Positions 33,525 through 43,327 of a stretch of DNA of 58,431 bases are shown here, in pieces; the stretch's first letter is position 1; each line of letters starts with the position of its first letter. The position numbers were made by a program, and so were the translations under genes. The stretch spans positions 1 through 58,431 of the forward strand of contig MFDF01000023.1 in the NCBI GenBank assembly GCA_001776785.1, given 5' to 3'. The DNA is from Candidatus Daviesbacteria bacterium RIFCSPHIGHO2_12_FULL_37_16. Lineage in GTDB: Bacteria > Patescibacteriota > Microgenomatia > Daviesbacterales > UBA10151. Below the pieces are notes generated by a model. It searched no databases, was not told where the DNA came from, and saw only the letters and a program-made list of their open reading frames with translations.

Positions 33525-34895
33525 TTGAAAAGATCATTTGGACCTGGATCACAAATAGAAAGTAATCCTACCCCACAAAATGCGGGTTCTGCTCCCCTAC
33601 CTCAAAAACTTACACCTTCTGAAACAGAACTTGCTAAAAGAGAGGGGATATTAGAGGAAAGAGAAAGATTAATTGAAGAGAAACTGGGTATTTTGGATAA
33701 GAAATTAGAGCAGGCTGAAAAAGTTAGAAAAGATTTAATTGAAAAGTTAGAAAAGTCTGCCAAAATGTCTCCGGAAGAGACTCAAAAGATTTTATTAGAG
33801 CAAGTTGAGAAAGATTTAGCATCAGAAATTTCAAAAAGAATTAAAGAAGCAGAAGAGGAGATTAAGTTTACTGTTGATGATAGCGCAAAACAAATTTTGG
33901 CAGATGCTATGTATCATGGTGTGACAGATGTAATTTCAGAATATACGACCTCTACTGTAACTTTACCTGATGAAGAGATGAAGGGAAGGATTATTGGGAA
34001 AGAGGGAAGAAATATAAAAGCTTTTGAACAGGCAACTGGTGTAGATGTTGTGATGGATGATGAACTTCCAAATGCTTTAATACTTTCTTCATTTGACCCA
34101 ACCAGAAGAGAGATTGCTAAAGTTTCTTTGGAGAGATTGATGGCAGATGGTAGGATTCAGCCCCAAAGAATTGAAGAGATTGTTGATAAGACAAGGGAAG
34201 ATATAGAGAAGATAATGTTTCAGGCAGGTGAGAAACTTTGTCATGATGCAGGTATTTATAATTTACCTCCAGATGTTATAGCAACACTGGGTAAATTTAA
34301 ATATAGGTTTTCTTTTGGACAAAACTTAATCCAACACTCTTTAGAGTTAGTTAAAGTTGGAGTGGAGATTGCCAGACAAATGGGGGCAGATGTAAATACT
34401 GTAAGACTTGGGTGTTTACTGCATGATATTGGTAAGGTTGTTTATGAAGGGGATGAGGGAACCCATGTAGAGAAAGGGGTAGCTTTTGCAAAACAGCATG
34501 GTATTCCCCAAAAAGTTATAGATTGTATCGCCCAGCATCACGAGGATGAGCCATTTACTTCTGTTGAGTCGATTATAGTTGCAACTTCTGATGCTATATC
34601 TGGTGGAAGACCTGGTGCCAGACATGAAAATGTTCAGGATTATTTAAAAAGACTTGAAGATATAGAAAGGATTGCCACAAGTTATGATGGAGTAGAAAAA
34701 GCTTTTGCAGTCCAGGCAGGTAGGGAAGTTAGGGTCATTGTTGTTCCAGAGAAAGTTAGTGATGATGAACTGCCAAAATTAGTGCATGATATAGGAGCTC
34801 AAATCCAAAAGGAAGTAATGGTACCTGGGGCTGTTAAAATTACAGCAGTCAGAGAAACAAGGGCAACAGAGTCGTTTCTGACTTCTGGAAGCTAG
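33525..34895 (+). CDS. rny: Ribonuclease Y (no N-terminal TM helix in the ORF)
   Basis: 456 aa, TTG start. KH domain (GRIIGKEGRNIKAFE) and HD domain (LLHDIGK...HH). Confidence 0.9.
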   Translation: MKRSFGPGSQIESNPTPQNAGSAPLPQKLTPSETELAKREGILEERERLIEEKLGILDKKLEQAEKVRKDLIEKLEKSAKMSPEETQKILLEQVEKDLASEISKRIKEAEEEIKFTVDDSAKQILADAMYHGVTDVISEYTTSTVTLPDEEMKGRIIGKEGRNIKAFEQATGVDVVMDDELPNALILSSFDPTRREIAKVSLERLMADGRIQPQRIEEIVDKTREDIEKIMFQAGEKLCHDAGIYNLPPDVIATLGKFKYRFSFGQNLIQHSLELVKVGVEIARQMGADVNTVRLGCLLHDIGKVVYEGDEGTHVEKGVAFAKQHGIPQKVIDCIAQHHEDEPFTSVESIIVATSDAISGGRPGARHENVQDYLKRLEDIERIATSYDGVEKAFAVQAGREVRVIVVPEKVSDDELPKLVHDIGAQIQKEVMVPGAVKITAVRETRATESFLTSGS

Positions 34896-34914
34896 AGCAG
34901 ACCTTGTCAAGAGG

Positions 34915-34943
34915 TTGACATTAATTTTCTCTTTGGTTATATT
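34915..34943 (+). promoter_or_regulatory. Strong sigma70-like promoter for hup
   Basis: TTGACA (34915-20), 17 nt spacer, TATATT (34938-43). Confidence 0.55.
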
Positions 34944-34966
34944 GGTAGCTACTTAATTTTAGAACT

Positions 34967-35239
34967 ATGACAAAGAACGAATTAATAGAGAAGGTTGCGA
35001 AAAAATCTCATTTAACTAAAAGGGCTGCAGCTGATGCTGTGAATGCTGTATTTGATCTTATAAGAGATAATTTAAGCAGGGGAGAGAAGACTATTATAAC
35101 CGGTTTCGGGACATTTTTAGTACGCTCCAGGGCTGCCAGAAGGGGAAGAAACCCTCAAACAGGTGAAACAATCCAAATTCCTTCTAAAAAGCTGCCAAGT
35201 TTTACTGCAGGTAAAACTATTAAGAGAATTATAAGATAG
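34967..35239 (+). CDS. hup: DNA-binding protein HU
   Basis: 90 aa. MTKNELIEKVA...GFGTF.VR.RAAR.GRNPQTGE.I.IP. Confidence 0.95.
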   Translation: MTKNELIEKVAKKSHLTKRAAADAVNAVFDLIRDNLSRGEKTIITGFGTFLVRSRAARRGRNPQTGETIQIPSKKLPSFTAGKTIKRIIR

Positions 35240-35246
35240 ACTGACT

Positions 35247-36584
35247 TTAGGCTACCCAATACTTATTGATATATAAAATTGCAAACAACCCAAGAAGCAT
35301 AGCTGAGGTTATAGTCCAAACAAAATTGAAATATTTGTTTTTTACATTTGCCAGAAGAATAAATAGAGGAAAAAGAACTATTCCAAAGCGGTGGATTGAT
35401 AAAAGAGTATTTGTTGATAGAGGTATAAGCAAAGCAAGTAAGAAAAATACTGCATATGAGAGCCTAAGTTTTACAAAAGATATGATGGCACCAATAATAA
35501 ATACCAAAGCAAAAATAAACTCTATTAATATTTGTTCAGTCTGACTGACTATAAAAAAATTATTACTTAAAAGGGAGCTAAGATAGGCAAACATTAATTC
35601 CCATGGTAGACTAATATTTCTGCCCCAATTACTTTCATAAAGAACATATGCATGGGGATATCCCTGAGTATAGTAAAGGTAATAAGAATAAATTAGAAAG
35701 GGTGCTAAGGATGTAACAGTAAGTTGTAATCCTTCTTTCATAAAAATATCACGAGATCTCTTATTTTTTAAAATCAAATATAAAGTAACTAGTAGAAAAC
35801 AAATAATACAAACTAAGAATAATAAGTAAAGCATTGTGCTTACTACTCCAACTATTTCCCAAAACTGAAATTTGATAAAGATTGAATTGAAAAAATAAAG
35901 AATAATAGTAGTGATGGTTAAAAAAGTTGTAAACCTAACAAATCTGTTAGCCCATAAATCTTTTAGATTAATTTTTATTCCTTTTTGGTAAAGATATTCT
36001 ACCCCAATAGCTACAATAACGCATATTCCAATTATCCTGGTAACAGAAGATAATCCTGCAAGAATAGATGCGAGTATGTAGTTTTTCTTACGGGCATAGT
36101 AAAAAGAAGAAAGGGTGAGTGCTAAAAATGAACTTTCTGAATAAACTGCACCTAGATAAAAACTTGTTGGAAAAGTGATTAGTAAAATTACAGCTTTTTC
36201 TGCAACATTTTTTTTATAATCTAATAAGACTAATTTGTAAAGATAATAAAGAGATATTACAGTAAATATTTGAGAAATTATAAATCCAGCCCAAAAATAA
36301 TTGGTTGTTAGTAAAGACAAAAATTTAATTAGTAGAGGATATAAAGGGAAAAAAACCACTTGAAATGGTTCGTAACCATATTGGGCAATGCTTAAAAAAT
36401 GTGCACCATCCCAGTTCGCCCATCTTTCCCAGTAAATAAGATCAGCAGAAGGAGGATTAATATTATATTGAGGTTGAGTTATATTAGGGATAATGCTTAG
36501 TCCTAAAAAGGTTACAATAAATAATCCTACTCTCCAACCAGAAAATATTAATATAACAAAATTAAGTATTTTTTTATTCGACAT
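35247..36584 (-). CDS. GT-C-type membrane glycosyltransferase (PIG-V / mannosyltransferase-like)
   Basis: 445 aa, polytopic. WANWDGAHFLSIAQYGYE loop motif. Confidence 0.62.
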   Translation of the reverse strand: MSNKKILNFVILIFSGWRVGLFIVTFLGLSIIPNITQPQYNINPPSADLIYWERWANWDGAHFLSIAQYGYEPFQVVFFPLYPLLIKFLSLLTTNYFWAGFIISQIFTVISLYYLYKLVLLDYKKNVAEKAVILLITFPTSFYLGAVYSESSFLALTLSSFYYARKKNYILASILAGLSSVTRIIGICVIVAIGVEYLYQKGIKINLKDLWANRFVRFTTFLTITTIILYFFNSIFIKFQFWEIVGVVSTMLYLLFLVCIICFLLVTLYLILKNKRSRDIFMKEGLQLTVTSLAPFLIYSYYLYYTQGYPHAYVLYESNWGRNISLPWELMFAYLSSLLSNNFFIVSQTEQILIEFIFALVFIIGAIISFVKLRLSYAVFFLLALLIPLSTNTLLSIHRFGIVLFPLFILLANVKNKYFNFVWTITSAMLLGLFAILYINKYWVA

Positions 36585-36697
36585 TTAAACAAAGTTTTAC
36601 TACATAAGACAGATTGAAACAATAGTTACTTATATTGACCACAATCAGTTTAATGATTGTGGTTGACAAAATTTAAAAGTAGTGAGTTAATAGATAT

Positions 36698-36826
36698 ATG
36701 GCAAATGGTTATGGTAAAAGACCCCTTTGGCAGTGGGTTTTAATCTATTTAATAGTTGGTGGAGTTATATATTTTGCTATCTACTATTTTTTTATAGGTG
36801 GTTCTGGTAGTTATAGTTATCCTTAG
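36698..36826 (+). CDS. Small membrane protein (42 aa); absent from the ORF track
   Basis: MANGYGKRPLWQWVLIYLIVGGVIYFAIYYFFIGGSGSYSYP*. Candidate promoter upstream: TTGACA, 18 nt, TTAATA. Confidence 0.4.
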   Translation: MANGYGKRPLWQWVLIYLIVGGVIYFAIYYFFIGGSGSYSYP

Positions 36827-36828
36827 AT

Positions 36829-38109
36829 TTATTCCCCAAAAGGATTTTTAGTCAAATTAGTTTGGAAAAAAAGCATCAGCAGGTCTTTTGGCAGTGGAAT
36901 TCCAGTTAATATTGGATAAATAAATATAAAGCTAAGTAAAAAAGTAATTAGGAAACTAAAAAAAAGAATCCTCATTTTTTTATCTTCATATAGTGGAGCA
37001 AGCTGGTAGGCGAGTATTATTGATAAGAATGGAACTGAGGGGCTGTAGTGATATAAAAACATAATCCTTGGAGATAAACTCCATGGAAGCCAAAAACCAA
37101 GATAGCTTATTAAAAGTATAAAAATACTTTTCCATATAAATGGATTTTCATGCTTAAAAAAAGATTTAAGAACAGTTTTGGTATGTTTGTAAAATATTTG
37201 CAGTAAGTCAAATAAAGTTACAATAATTGCTCCTATACCAACCCAAAAAAGAAGTGGGTTTCCAGATGCAAATATATTAGATATTTTTCCATCCTTTTGG
37301 TAATCAACAAAATACCAGACAGGTTTTAAATTTAGAGGCCAGCTCCACCAGGCAGAATAATAATCATGGGTTGCTTTTAGGTTTGTATGATACCACCACA
37401 TCTGAAGCTGCAGTCCCTTAAAAGTTTCTATGTCATGTCCTAATAAAAAGAATGGGATATAGCTTGAGATATAAATAATTGGAGGAACAAGAAGGAAATA
37501 GAAAGTCTTTAAAAAATTTCCCTGTATAAAAAGAATTGCTAACTCAATTCCAAAAAAATAAATAGCTGTCCACTTTGACGAAAGAGCCAAACCCAAAAAG
37601 ATGCTTGAAAATAAAAATTTCTTTTTAAGAAGTAAATACAGACTTACTAATACAAAAGTTATTAAATATATATCATTCATTCCGGTTCTGGATTGGACAA
37701 AATTTAATCCATCTAGAGAGTAGATAAATGAAGCTGTTAGGGCTATAAGTTCAGATTTAAAAAGAAGTTTTGAGATAAGGTAAATAAGATAGATGCTTAT
37801 TATTCCTAAAATTACCCCTGGTAATCTCCATGCCCAAGATTCTTGAGTATTAAACATAAGCATTGAGAGAGCCATAATTTCTTTAGCTAAAGGTGGGTGT
37901 GTCCATTCATATGCCACGCCAGGTGGTGGGGTTGTCCACCATTCCCAGGCTTCTTTGTGGTTTTGAGAAAATTCTTTAGCAGTAAAAGCATGGTAGACTT
38001 CATCAAAAACATAAACTGTGGGGTAGTTCAAATTATAAAACCTTGTTAATAAAGCAAAGAGTAAGATAGCTATTAGAATTTTATTTGGTCTAGTAAGTTT
38101 TTTTAGCAT
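36829..38109 (-). CDS. Dolichyl-phosphate-mannose protein mannosyltransferase-like (PMT/GT39-type) glycosyltransferase
   Basis: 426 aa. First-loop VFDEVYHAFTAKEF (the DE motif of PMT family enzymes). Polytopic. Confidence 0.78.
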   Translation of the reverse strand: MLKKLTRPNKILIAILLFALLTRFYNLNYPTVYVFDEVYHAFTAKEFSQNHKEAWEWWTTPPPGVAYEWTHPPLAKEIMALSMLMFNTQESWAWRLPGVILGIISIYLIYLISKLLFKSELIALTASFIYSLDGLNFVQSRTGMNDIYLITFVLVSLYLLLKKKFLFSSIFLGLALSSKWTAIYFFGIELAILFIQGNFLKTFYFLLVPPIIYISSYIPFFLLGHDIETFKGLQLQMWWYHTNLKATHDYYSAWWSWPLNLKPVWYFVDYQKDGKISNIFASGNPLLFWVGIGAIIVTLFDLLQIFYKHTKTVLKSFFKHENPFIWKSIFILLISYLGFWLPWSLSPRIMFLYHYSPSVPFLSIILAYQLAPLYEDKKMRILFFSFLITFLLSFIFIYPILTGIPLPKDLLMLFFQTNLTKNPFGE

Positions 38110-39307
38110 TACTTGGTTTTATAATTATAAAGCCTGCCAGGATAAACAATAAAGTAGATATAGAGGATATTATTTTAGATGAGTTGTTTAATACTTCATA
38201 AATAATTTGGTTATATAAAACCTTGGTTAGATTTAAATAGAGTTCATTGTAGTAAATATAGACATAATAAAGGTTTAGAAAGTGTACCAAGCTTAAGAGA
38301 ATTTGAAAAATAATTATTTTTGATGATTTTTGTTCAATAGCTGCAAGAATTAAAAAAATTAAGGAAGGATATAAGTATCTTTCGTGGACTCTAGTTGGCA
38401 GAAAGTAAAAACCTAAGGTTGCTAAAGCAGACATAGTAAAAAGCCCAATATTTTTTTTAAAGTAAACAAAAGATAGGACTAGCCAGTAAATTATGAGCAG
38501 GTAGATTCCCCAGTCTTTATATGTTATTAAATAACCTTGGGTGTCATTTATCCAAAATCCTACAATTCCCCAAAGATTGTAAGCAAAAAGTGAGGTATAA
38601 GAATAATCATTTATCATGTTTTGGAAAAGAGCAAATAACCCAGCTATTGGGTTGCCAGGGAAGAAAGGAAAGGAGAGAATGGTAAATAAAATTGGTGCAG
38701 GGAGGGATAATTTAAGAAAAGATGTTAGGTTAAAGTTTTTAACAAGGTATAAAAAGAAAACAGGTGTGATTGCTAGAGCTTGTGGTTTGATTAACAGAGC
38801 TATGGAAAAGAAGACAGATGAAAGGATTAGGTTTTTCTGGATTAAATAATAAATAGAAAAAACCATGAATAATGACAGCAGTCCATCTATTTGGCCCCAG
38901 ATAGCTGAATTAAAGATAAAAGCTGGATTTAAGAAAACTAAAGAAGAAAGAAAGATTGAAATTCTTTCATTAAAATGTTGCGATGACAGTCTATAGATAA
39001 AAACTCCCAATATTAGTTCTGAAAGAATTGAGGGAATTTTAAGAAGAAGATAAAAAAATGAGCTATCTAAACTGAAGAGGTTTTTTATAAATCCCAATAA
39101 ACCAAGTACATATAGATATCCTGGAGTATAGTTAGTCCATATTTGTGATGAATAAAAATTTGCAAACCCAACTTCATTGATCCTCAAAGCCCAGGCAAAC
39201 CAAGCATCTACATCTATCTTAAACCCCTCTAAATTAGCTAAAATAACCCTTAGTATTAATCCAATAAATAATAAAAAAATGATATTTAAACTTTTTATCC
39301 CATTCAT
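38090..39307 (-). CDS. GT-C-type membrane glycosyltransferase (DUF2029-like)
   Basis: 405 aa, polytopic. An acidic first loop (DVDAWFAWA) is followed by many TM segments. Confidence 0.58.
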   Translation of the reverse strand: MNGIKSLNIIFLLFIGLILRVILANLEGFKIDVDAWFAWALRINEVGFANFYSSQIWTNYTPGYLYVLGLLGFIKNLFSLDSSFFYLLLKIPSILSELILGVFIYRLSSQHFNERISIFLSSLVFLNPAFIFNSAIWGQIDGLLSLFMVFSIYYLIQKNLILSSVFFSIALLIKPQALAITPVFFLYLVKNFNLTSFLKLSLPAPILFTILSFPFFPGNPIAGLFALFQNMINDYSYTSLFAYNLWGIVGFWINDTQGYLITYKDWGIYLLIIYWLVLSFVYFKKNIGLFTMSALATLGFYFLPTRVHERYLYPSLIFLILAAIEQKSSKIIIFQILLSLVHFLNLYYVYIYYNELYLNLTKVLYNQIIYEVLNNSSKIISSISTLLFILAGFIIIKPSNAKKTY

Positions 39308-40502
39308 GCTATTTTTCTTAGTCTTGAATATTTATCTGCTTACATCACCTGGTGTAACTTACTATGATTATTTCACCAGGCTTTCAAAGAGTTTGATTAA
39401 TGGTAAATTATATGTGATAGAAAATCCATCCTGGTTAAATGAGCTGATTCCTGTTGGTGACAAATACTATGTAGCTCTTCCGCCTATGCCAGCGATAGTT
39501 ATGATGCCTTTTGTTTATATTTTTGGCCCAAACTTTTCAGAAACGTATTTTTCAATTGTCTTAGGAAGTATAAATGTTGTATTAGTATACCTTCTTTTAA
39601 AAAGATTGAACTTTTATGATGCTTCCTCAGTTTTTGTAGCTATTTTTTTTGCATTTGGGACTAATCATTGGTTTGCTGCTTCAGTTGGTTCTTCATGGTA
39701 TTTAGCCCACATTGTAGCTGTATTTCTAACTCTTCTTGCTTTAATAGAATCAGCTGGTAAAAAAAGACTTTGGCTAATTGGATTGCTTATCGGGGCGGGC
39801 TTTTGGGCAAGAACGTCAGTTTTATTTACAGTTTTATTTTTCTATATTTATTTATGGAAAGATTTATGGATATTTAAAAAAAATCCAGTTCTCTTTCTAA
39901 AAGAGTTTAAGTTAACTAATCTTTTTGAGTTTAACCTAAAAAATTTAACTAATTTTATAATTTTTAATTCAACAATTTTTTTGTTTATTTTATTTGATTC
40001 TCTATATAATTATGCTAGATTTGGTGATTTCAGTCCTTTTAGTCCCTATAGATTAATTCAAAACGTTGATACAAATACCGTAGTTAATGGGGTATATATG
40101 AGTATTATGTATATACCAAGACATATTGATGCTTTAATTTTTAGGTTACCTAAATTTAGTGAAACTTTTCCATATATGACGCCTTCTTTATATGCAACAG
40201 CAATTTGGTTTACAAGTCCTGTATTAATTTACATTTTTATAGTGAAAAGAAGTTTATTAAAATGGGCATGCTGGTTAGCAATATTGCCAACATTTTTTAT
40301 AGTAATCCAGTGGGCTGGAGTGGGTTTTTCTCAATTTGGTTATCGTTTTGCCCTAGATTTCATGCCATTTTTATTAATATTGTTAGCGTTAGGTCTAGGA
40401 CAAAAACCAAGTAAATTTGCATATTTTTTATTAACTTTAAGTATATTAGTAAATGCCTGGGGGACAATAATTTTAAATAAATATGGTATTTATATAATGT
40501 AA
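39279..40502 (+). CDS. GT-C-type membrane glycosyltransferase (ArnT/PMT_2-like)
   Basis: Start at MIFKLFIPF (39279) or MLFFLVL (39306). The latter shares the palindrome CATG with the divergent gene start at 39305-39307. Polytopic. Confidence 0.58.
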   Translation: MIFKLFIPFMLFFLVLNIYLLTSPGVTYYDYFTRLSKSLINGKLYVIENPSWLNELIPVGDKYYVALPPMPAIVMMPFVYIFGPNFSETYFSIVLGSINVVLVYLLLKRLNFYDASSVFVAIFFAFGTNHWFAASVGSSWYLAHIVAVFLTLLALIESAGKKRLWLIGLLIGAGFWARTSVLFTVLFFYIYLWKDLWIFKKNPVLFLKEFKLTNLFEFNLKNLTNFIIFNSTIFLFILFDSLYNYARFGDFSPFSPYRLIQNVDTNTVVNGVYMSIMYIPRHIDALIFRLPKFSETFPYMTPSLYATAIWFTSPVLIYIFIVKRSLLKWACWLAILPTFFIVIQWAGVGFSQFGYRFALDFMPFLLILLALGLGQKPSKFAYFLLTLSILVNAWGTIILNKYGIYIM

Positions 40503-40524
40503 AATTTATTCTTGAACCAGAATA

Positions 40525-40600
40525 CCTCGCAGCTTGCTGCGGGGATGAATGGTTCACAGAAGAACTTGCCTGAAGGGATACTCCGCAGTTTACTGCGGAG
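40525..40600. repeat. Pair of GC-rich hairpin repeats in the spacer
   Basis: CGCAGCttGCTGCG (within 40525-40544) and CTCCGCAG-ttta-CTGCGGAG (40581-40600). Confidence 0.45.
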
Positions 40601-40604
40601 TAGT

Positions 40605-41246
40605 TCATTTTTTTAAAACAAATGTTATTTCCATTCCCAAATGGGTAAAAAATTTCTTTTCAATTTTGAATTTAGCTTTTTTAATAACTTCTTCAAGTTC
40701 CGTATAATGAAATGGGTGAAGATGGGCTTCCTGCCAGATTTTACCTTTTGTATTTTCCCATACAAACCAGACGAATCTAAATAACCAATTTCCAGAATCC
40801 ATTGCTAAGATTAAAATCCCACCTTTTTTTAAAACTCTTTTTAATTCTTTTAAAGTTTTAATTGGATCTTCTACATGCTCAATAGTTTCATAAAATAAGA
40901 TAACATCAAAATAATCATTTGTAAATGGAAGGTTGTGAGCAAAAGCTGTTTTAAATGTTATATCCGGGTAAGTTTTTTTTGCATAGCTTATGGCCTTGCT
41001 GTAGACATCAATTCCAAAATATTTAGCGTTAGGAAAGGCTTGGTAGATTTTAAATAACATAAAACCGCTTGCACAACCTGCATCTAGGATTTTTGAAAAT
41101 TGGTGACCTTTAAGAATTTTTTTTGCAGAATTAATTTTTAAATGATGCCAAGCCATTTGTAAAATATTTGATTTGGTACCGGTTTGATAGTAATCAACAG
41201 GTACTTTATTCCAAATTTTATATAATTGATGATCGCGGATGTTCAT
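40605..41246 (-). CDS. Class I SAM-dependent methyltransferase
   Basis: 213 aa. ILDAGCASGFM (motif I) and FDVILFYETIEHV. Confidence 0.8.
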   Translation of the reverse strand: MNIRDHQLYKIWNKVPVDYYQTGTKSNILQMAWHHLKINSAKKILKGHQFSKILDAGCASGFMLFKIYQAFPNAKYFGIDVYSKAISYAKKTYPDITFKTAFAHNLPFTNDYFDVILFYETIEHVEDPIKTLKELKRVLKKGGILILAMDSGNWLFRFVWFVWENTKGKIWQEAHLHPFHYTELEEVIKKAKFKIEKKFFTHLGMEITFVLKK

Positions 41247-41297
41247 AAATTTAAACTAAAGTATAATCAATATTAAGTTTTAAAAAAACAACTAATT

Positions 41298-42254
41298 ATG
41301 AAAAAAGTAATAGTAATTTTGGGTCCAACTGCAGCTGGAAAAACAGACACTGCAATAGATTTAGCAAAAAAGTTTAGTGGAGAATTAATATCCTGTGATT
41401 CAAGACAGGTTTACATTGGGCTTGATATAGGAACAGGAAAACTTCCCGGGATAGAAGTAAAAGTTAAGAAAGGAAATGGATATTGGGAAATGGATGGAGT
41501 GAAAGTCTGGATGTTGGATATAGCGGATCCCAAAAAAAGATACACGGTTTTTGATTATGTTAAAGATGCAGAAAAAGTATTAGAAGATATCTTTAAGAGA
41601 GAAAAACTTCCAATTATAGTGGGGGGGACTGGGTTTTATCTAAAAGCTTTGTTAGAAGGATTAGATAATTTAAGCATTCCTTCAGATAAAAAGTTAAGGA
41701 TAAGATTAGAAAAATTATCAATTAGCAAGCTGCAGGAAGAATTAAAAAAAATTTCAGCAGCAAAGTTTGAAAAGTTGAATAATTCAGATAGAAATAATCC
41801 CAGAAGATTGATAAGAGCCATAGAGCTTTTATCTCAAAAATCAAATAAAAAAAATGTTGATGCAAAATCTAAAGATTTAGATGTATTAAAAATTGGTTTA
41901 ACTACAAGAAGGGAAATTATTGGAAAAAGGATTAAGGATAGAATTTTACACCGTTTGGACAAAGGAATGATTGAAGAAGTGGCTAACCTTCTTAAAAATG
42001 GATTGAGTATAGCTAGGCTGAAGGAATTAGGGTTAGAGTATTCAATTATTTCTGATTATGTAACAGGCGTGATTAAAAATAAAGAAGATTTAGTTAAAAT
42101 ACTAAGAATTAAAATAGGCCAGTATGCAAAAAGACAAATGACCTGGTTTAAGAAGGAAAAGGATCTTAACTGGTTTGATATAACTGAGAAAAATTATTAT
42201 GAAATGGTGGAAAAAATGGTGGCTGATTGGTACAATTTAGGGCATGCCAGCTAG
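41298..42254 (+). CDS. miaA: tRNA dimethylallyltransferase
   Basis: 318 aa. ILGPTAAGKT P-loop, SCDSRQVY and GGTGFYLKAL motifs. Confidence 0.93.
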   Translation: MKKVIVILGPTAAGKTDTAIDLAKKFSGELISCDSRQVYIGLDIGTGKLPGIEVKVKKGNGYWEMDGVKVWMLDIADPKKRYTVFDYVKDAEKVLEDIFKREKLPIIVGGTGFYLKALLEGLDNLSIPSDKKLRIRLEKLSISKLQEELKKISAAKFEKLNNSDRNNPRRLIRAIELLSQKSNKKNVDAKSKDLDVLKIGLTTRREIIGKRIKDRILHRLDKGMIEEVANLLKNGLSIARLKELGLEYSIISDYVTGVIKNKEDLVKILRIKIGQYAKRQMTWFKKEKDLNWFDITEKNYYEMVEKMVADWYNLGHAS

Positions 42255-43212
42255 ATCTTTTGATATTTCACACAAGACTATATTTTTTGTTGCTAGTTTT
42301 TTAGCTCTTCTTTGGGCGCTCTACTTAATAAAAGATGTAATAATCCTTTTGTTTATTGCAATCATTTTTATGTCTGCGCTATCTCCAATTATAGATAAAC
42401 TGGAGAGTTGGAAAATTCCAAAAGCTTTAGCAATTGCTTTTACCTATGTTGTTGTCTTTAGTTTACTCGGTTTTTTGGTTTCTATAGTAATAACGCCGTT
42501 AATTGAACAAACTTCTAATTTAGTAACTAACTTACCTCAAACCTTAAATAAGCTTTTTCCTGATGGAAGTCCAATTGATAAGTCTGTTATTCAAAGGGAA
42601 TTGGGAAATATAAGCGGAAATGCACTTGGATTTTCCCTGGCTGTTTTTAGTAATTTTTTAGCATTTATATCAGTTGCTGTTTTAACTTTCTATTTGCTTT
42701 TGCAGCGTGAGCGCTTGGATCAGCTGATTTCCCAGTTTTTCGTTGGACAGGAGGAAAGAGTTAAAAAAATTAGCAGAAGGATAGAGGATAAGCTTGGGGC
42801 ATGGCTCAGGGGACAACTGGTCTTAAGTTTTATTATAGGAAGCGTGGTTTATATAGTACTTTTTTTCCTTAATGTTCCCTATGCTATACCTTTGGCAATA
42901 CTTGCAGGGATTATGGAAGTTATTCCTGTCATTGGACCTATTATTTCTGCAATACCTGCAGTAATGATTGCATATGTTTCATCACCAATTCTGGCATTGA
43001 TTGTAGCCGGGGCATTTTTTGTAATCCAACAGCTCGAGAATCACATTATAGTCCCACAGGTTATGAAAAAAGCAGTAGGGTTAAATCCTTTGATTGTGAT
43101 ACTTGCTGTTTCAATAGGGGGGAAACTTTTAGGAGTAGCAGGTGCTTTGCTTGCAGTTCCTGTTGCAGTAGTTGTGCAAATTATTACTGAAGGGGTGTTA
43201 AAAGAAGAGTAA
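42244..43212 (+). CDS. AI-2E family transporter (PerM-like permease)
   Basis: 322 aa, ~8 TM segments. The IPVIGPIISAIPA motif is typical of the family. Confidence 0.82.
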   Translation: MPARSFDISHKTIFFVASFLALLWALYLIKDVIILLFIAIIFMSALSPIIDKLESWKIPKALAIAFTYVVVFSLLGFLVSIVITPLIEQTSNLVTNLPQTLNKLFPDGSPIDKSVIQRELGNISGNALGFSLAVFSNFLAFISVAVLTFYLLLQRERLDQLISQFFVGQEERVKKISRRIEDKLGAWLRGQLVLSFIIGSVVYIVLFFLNVPYAIPLAILAGIMEVIPVIGPIISAIPAVMIAYVSSPILALIVAGAFFVIQQLENHIIVPQVMKKAVGLNPLIVILAVSIGGKLLGVAGALLAVPVAVVVQIITEGVLKEE

Positions 43213-43237
43213 AAATTTTTGTGCCTGGGAGGATCGT

Positions 43238-43302
43238 AAGGACCTGATGCCTTCGCAGTATGTAATATTTTACTGCTCAGTTATCAGAACCTTGCCTTTT
43301 TT
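43238..43302 (+). repeat. Hairpin element A, copy 2
   Basis: AAGGACCTGATGCCTTCGCAGTATGTAATATTTTACTGCTCAGTTATCAGAACCTTGCCTTTTTT. Differs from copy 1 mainly in the terminal loop. Confidence 0.5.
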
Positions 43303-43327
43303 ACTTCGTAAAAAACGTAAACCAGAT

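Noticed and set aside
43221-43245. GTGCCTGGGAGGATCG as the 3' strand of RNase P helix P1, which would have extended rnpB over hairpin element A2.
   Set aside because: A much better 11-bp P1 partner (UCUUCCUAGGC, 43330-43340) lies directly after the conserved ACAGAAUCUGGCUUAU, as in other type A RNAs. The distal match is weaker and would add ~100 nt of non-homologous sequence.
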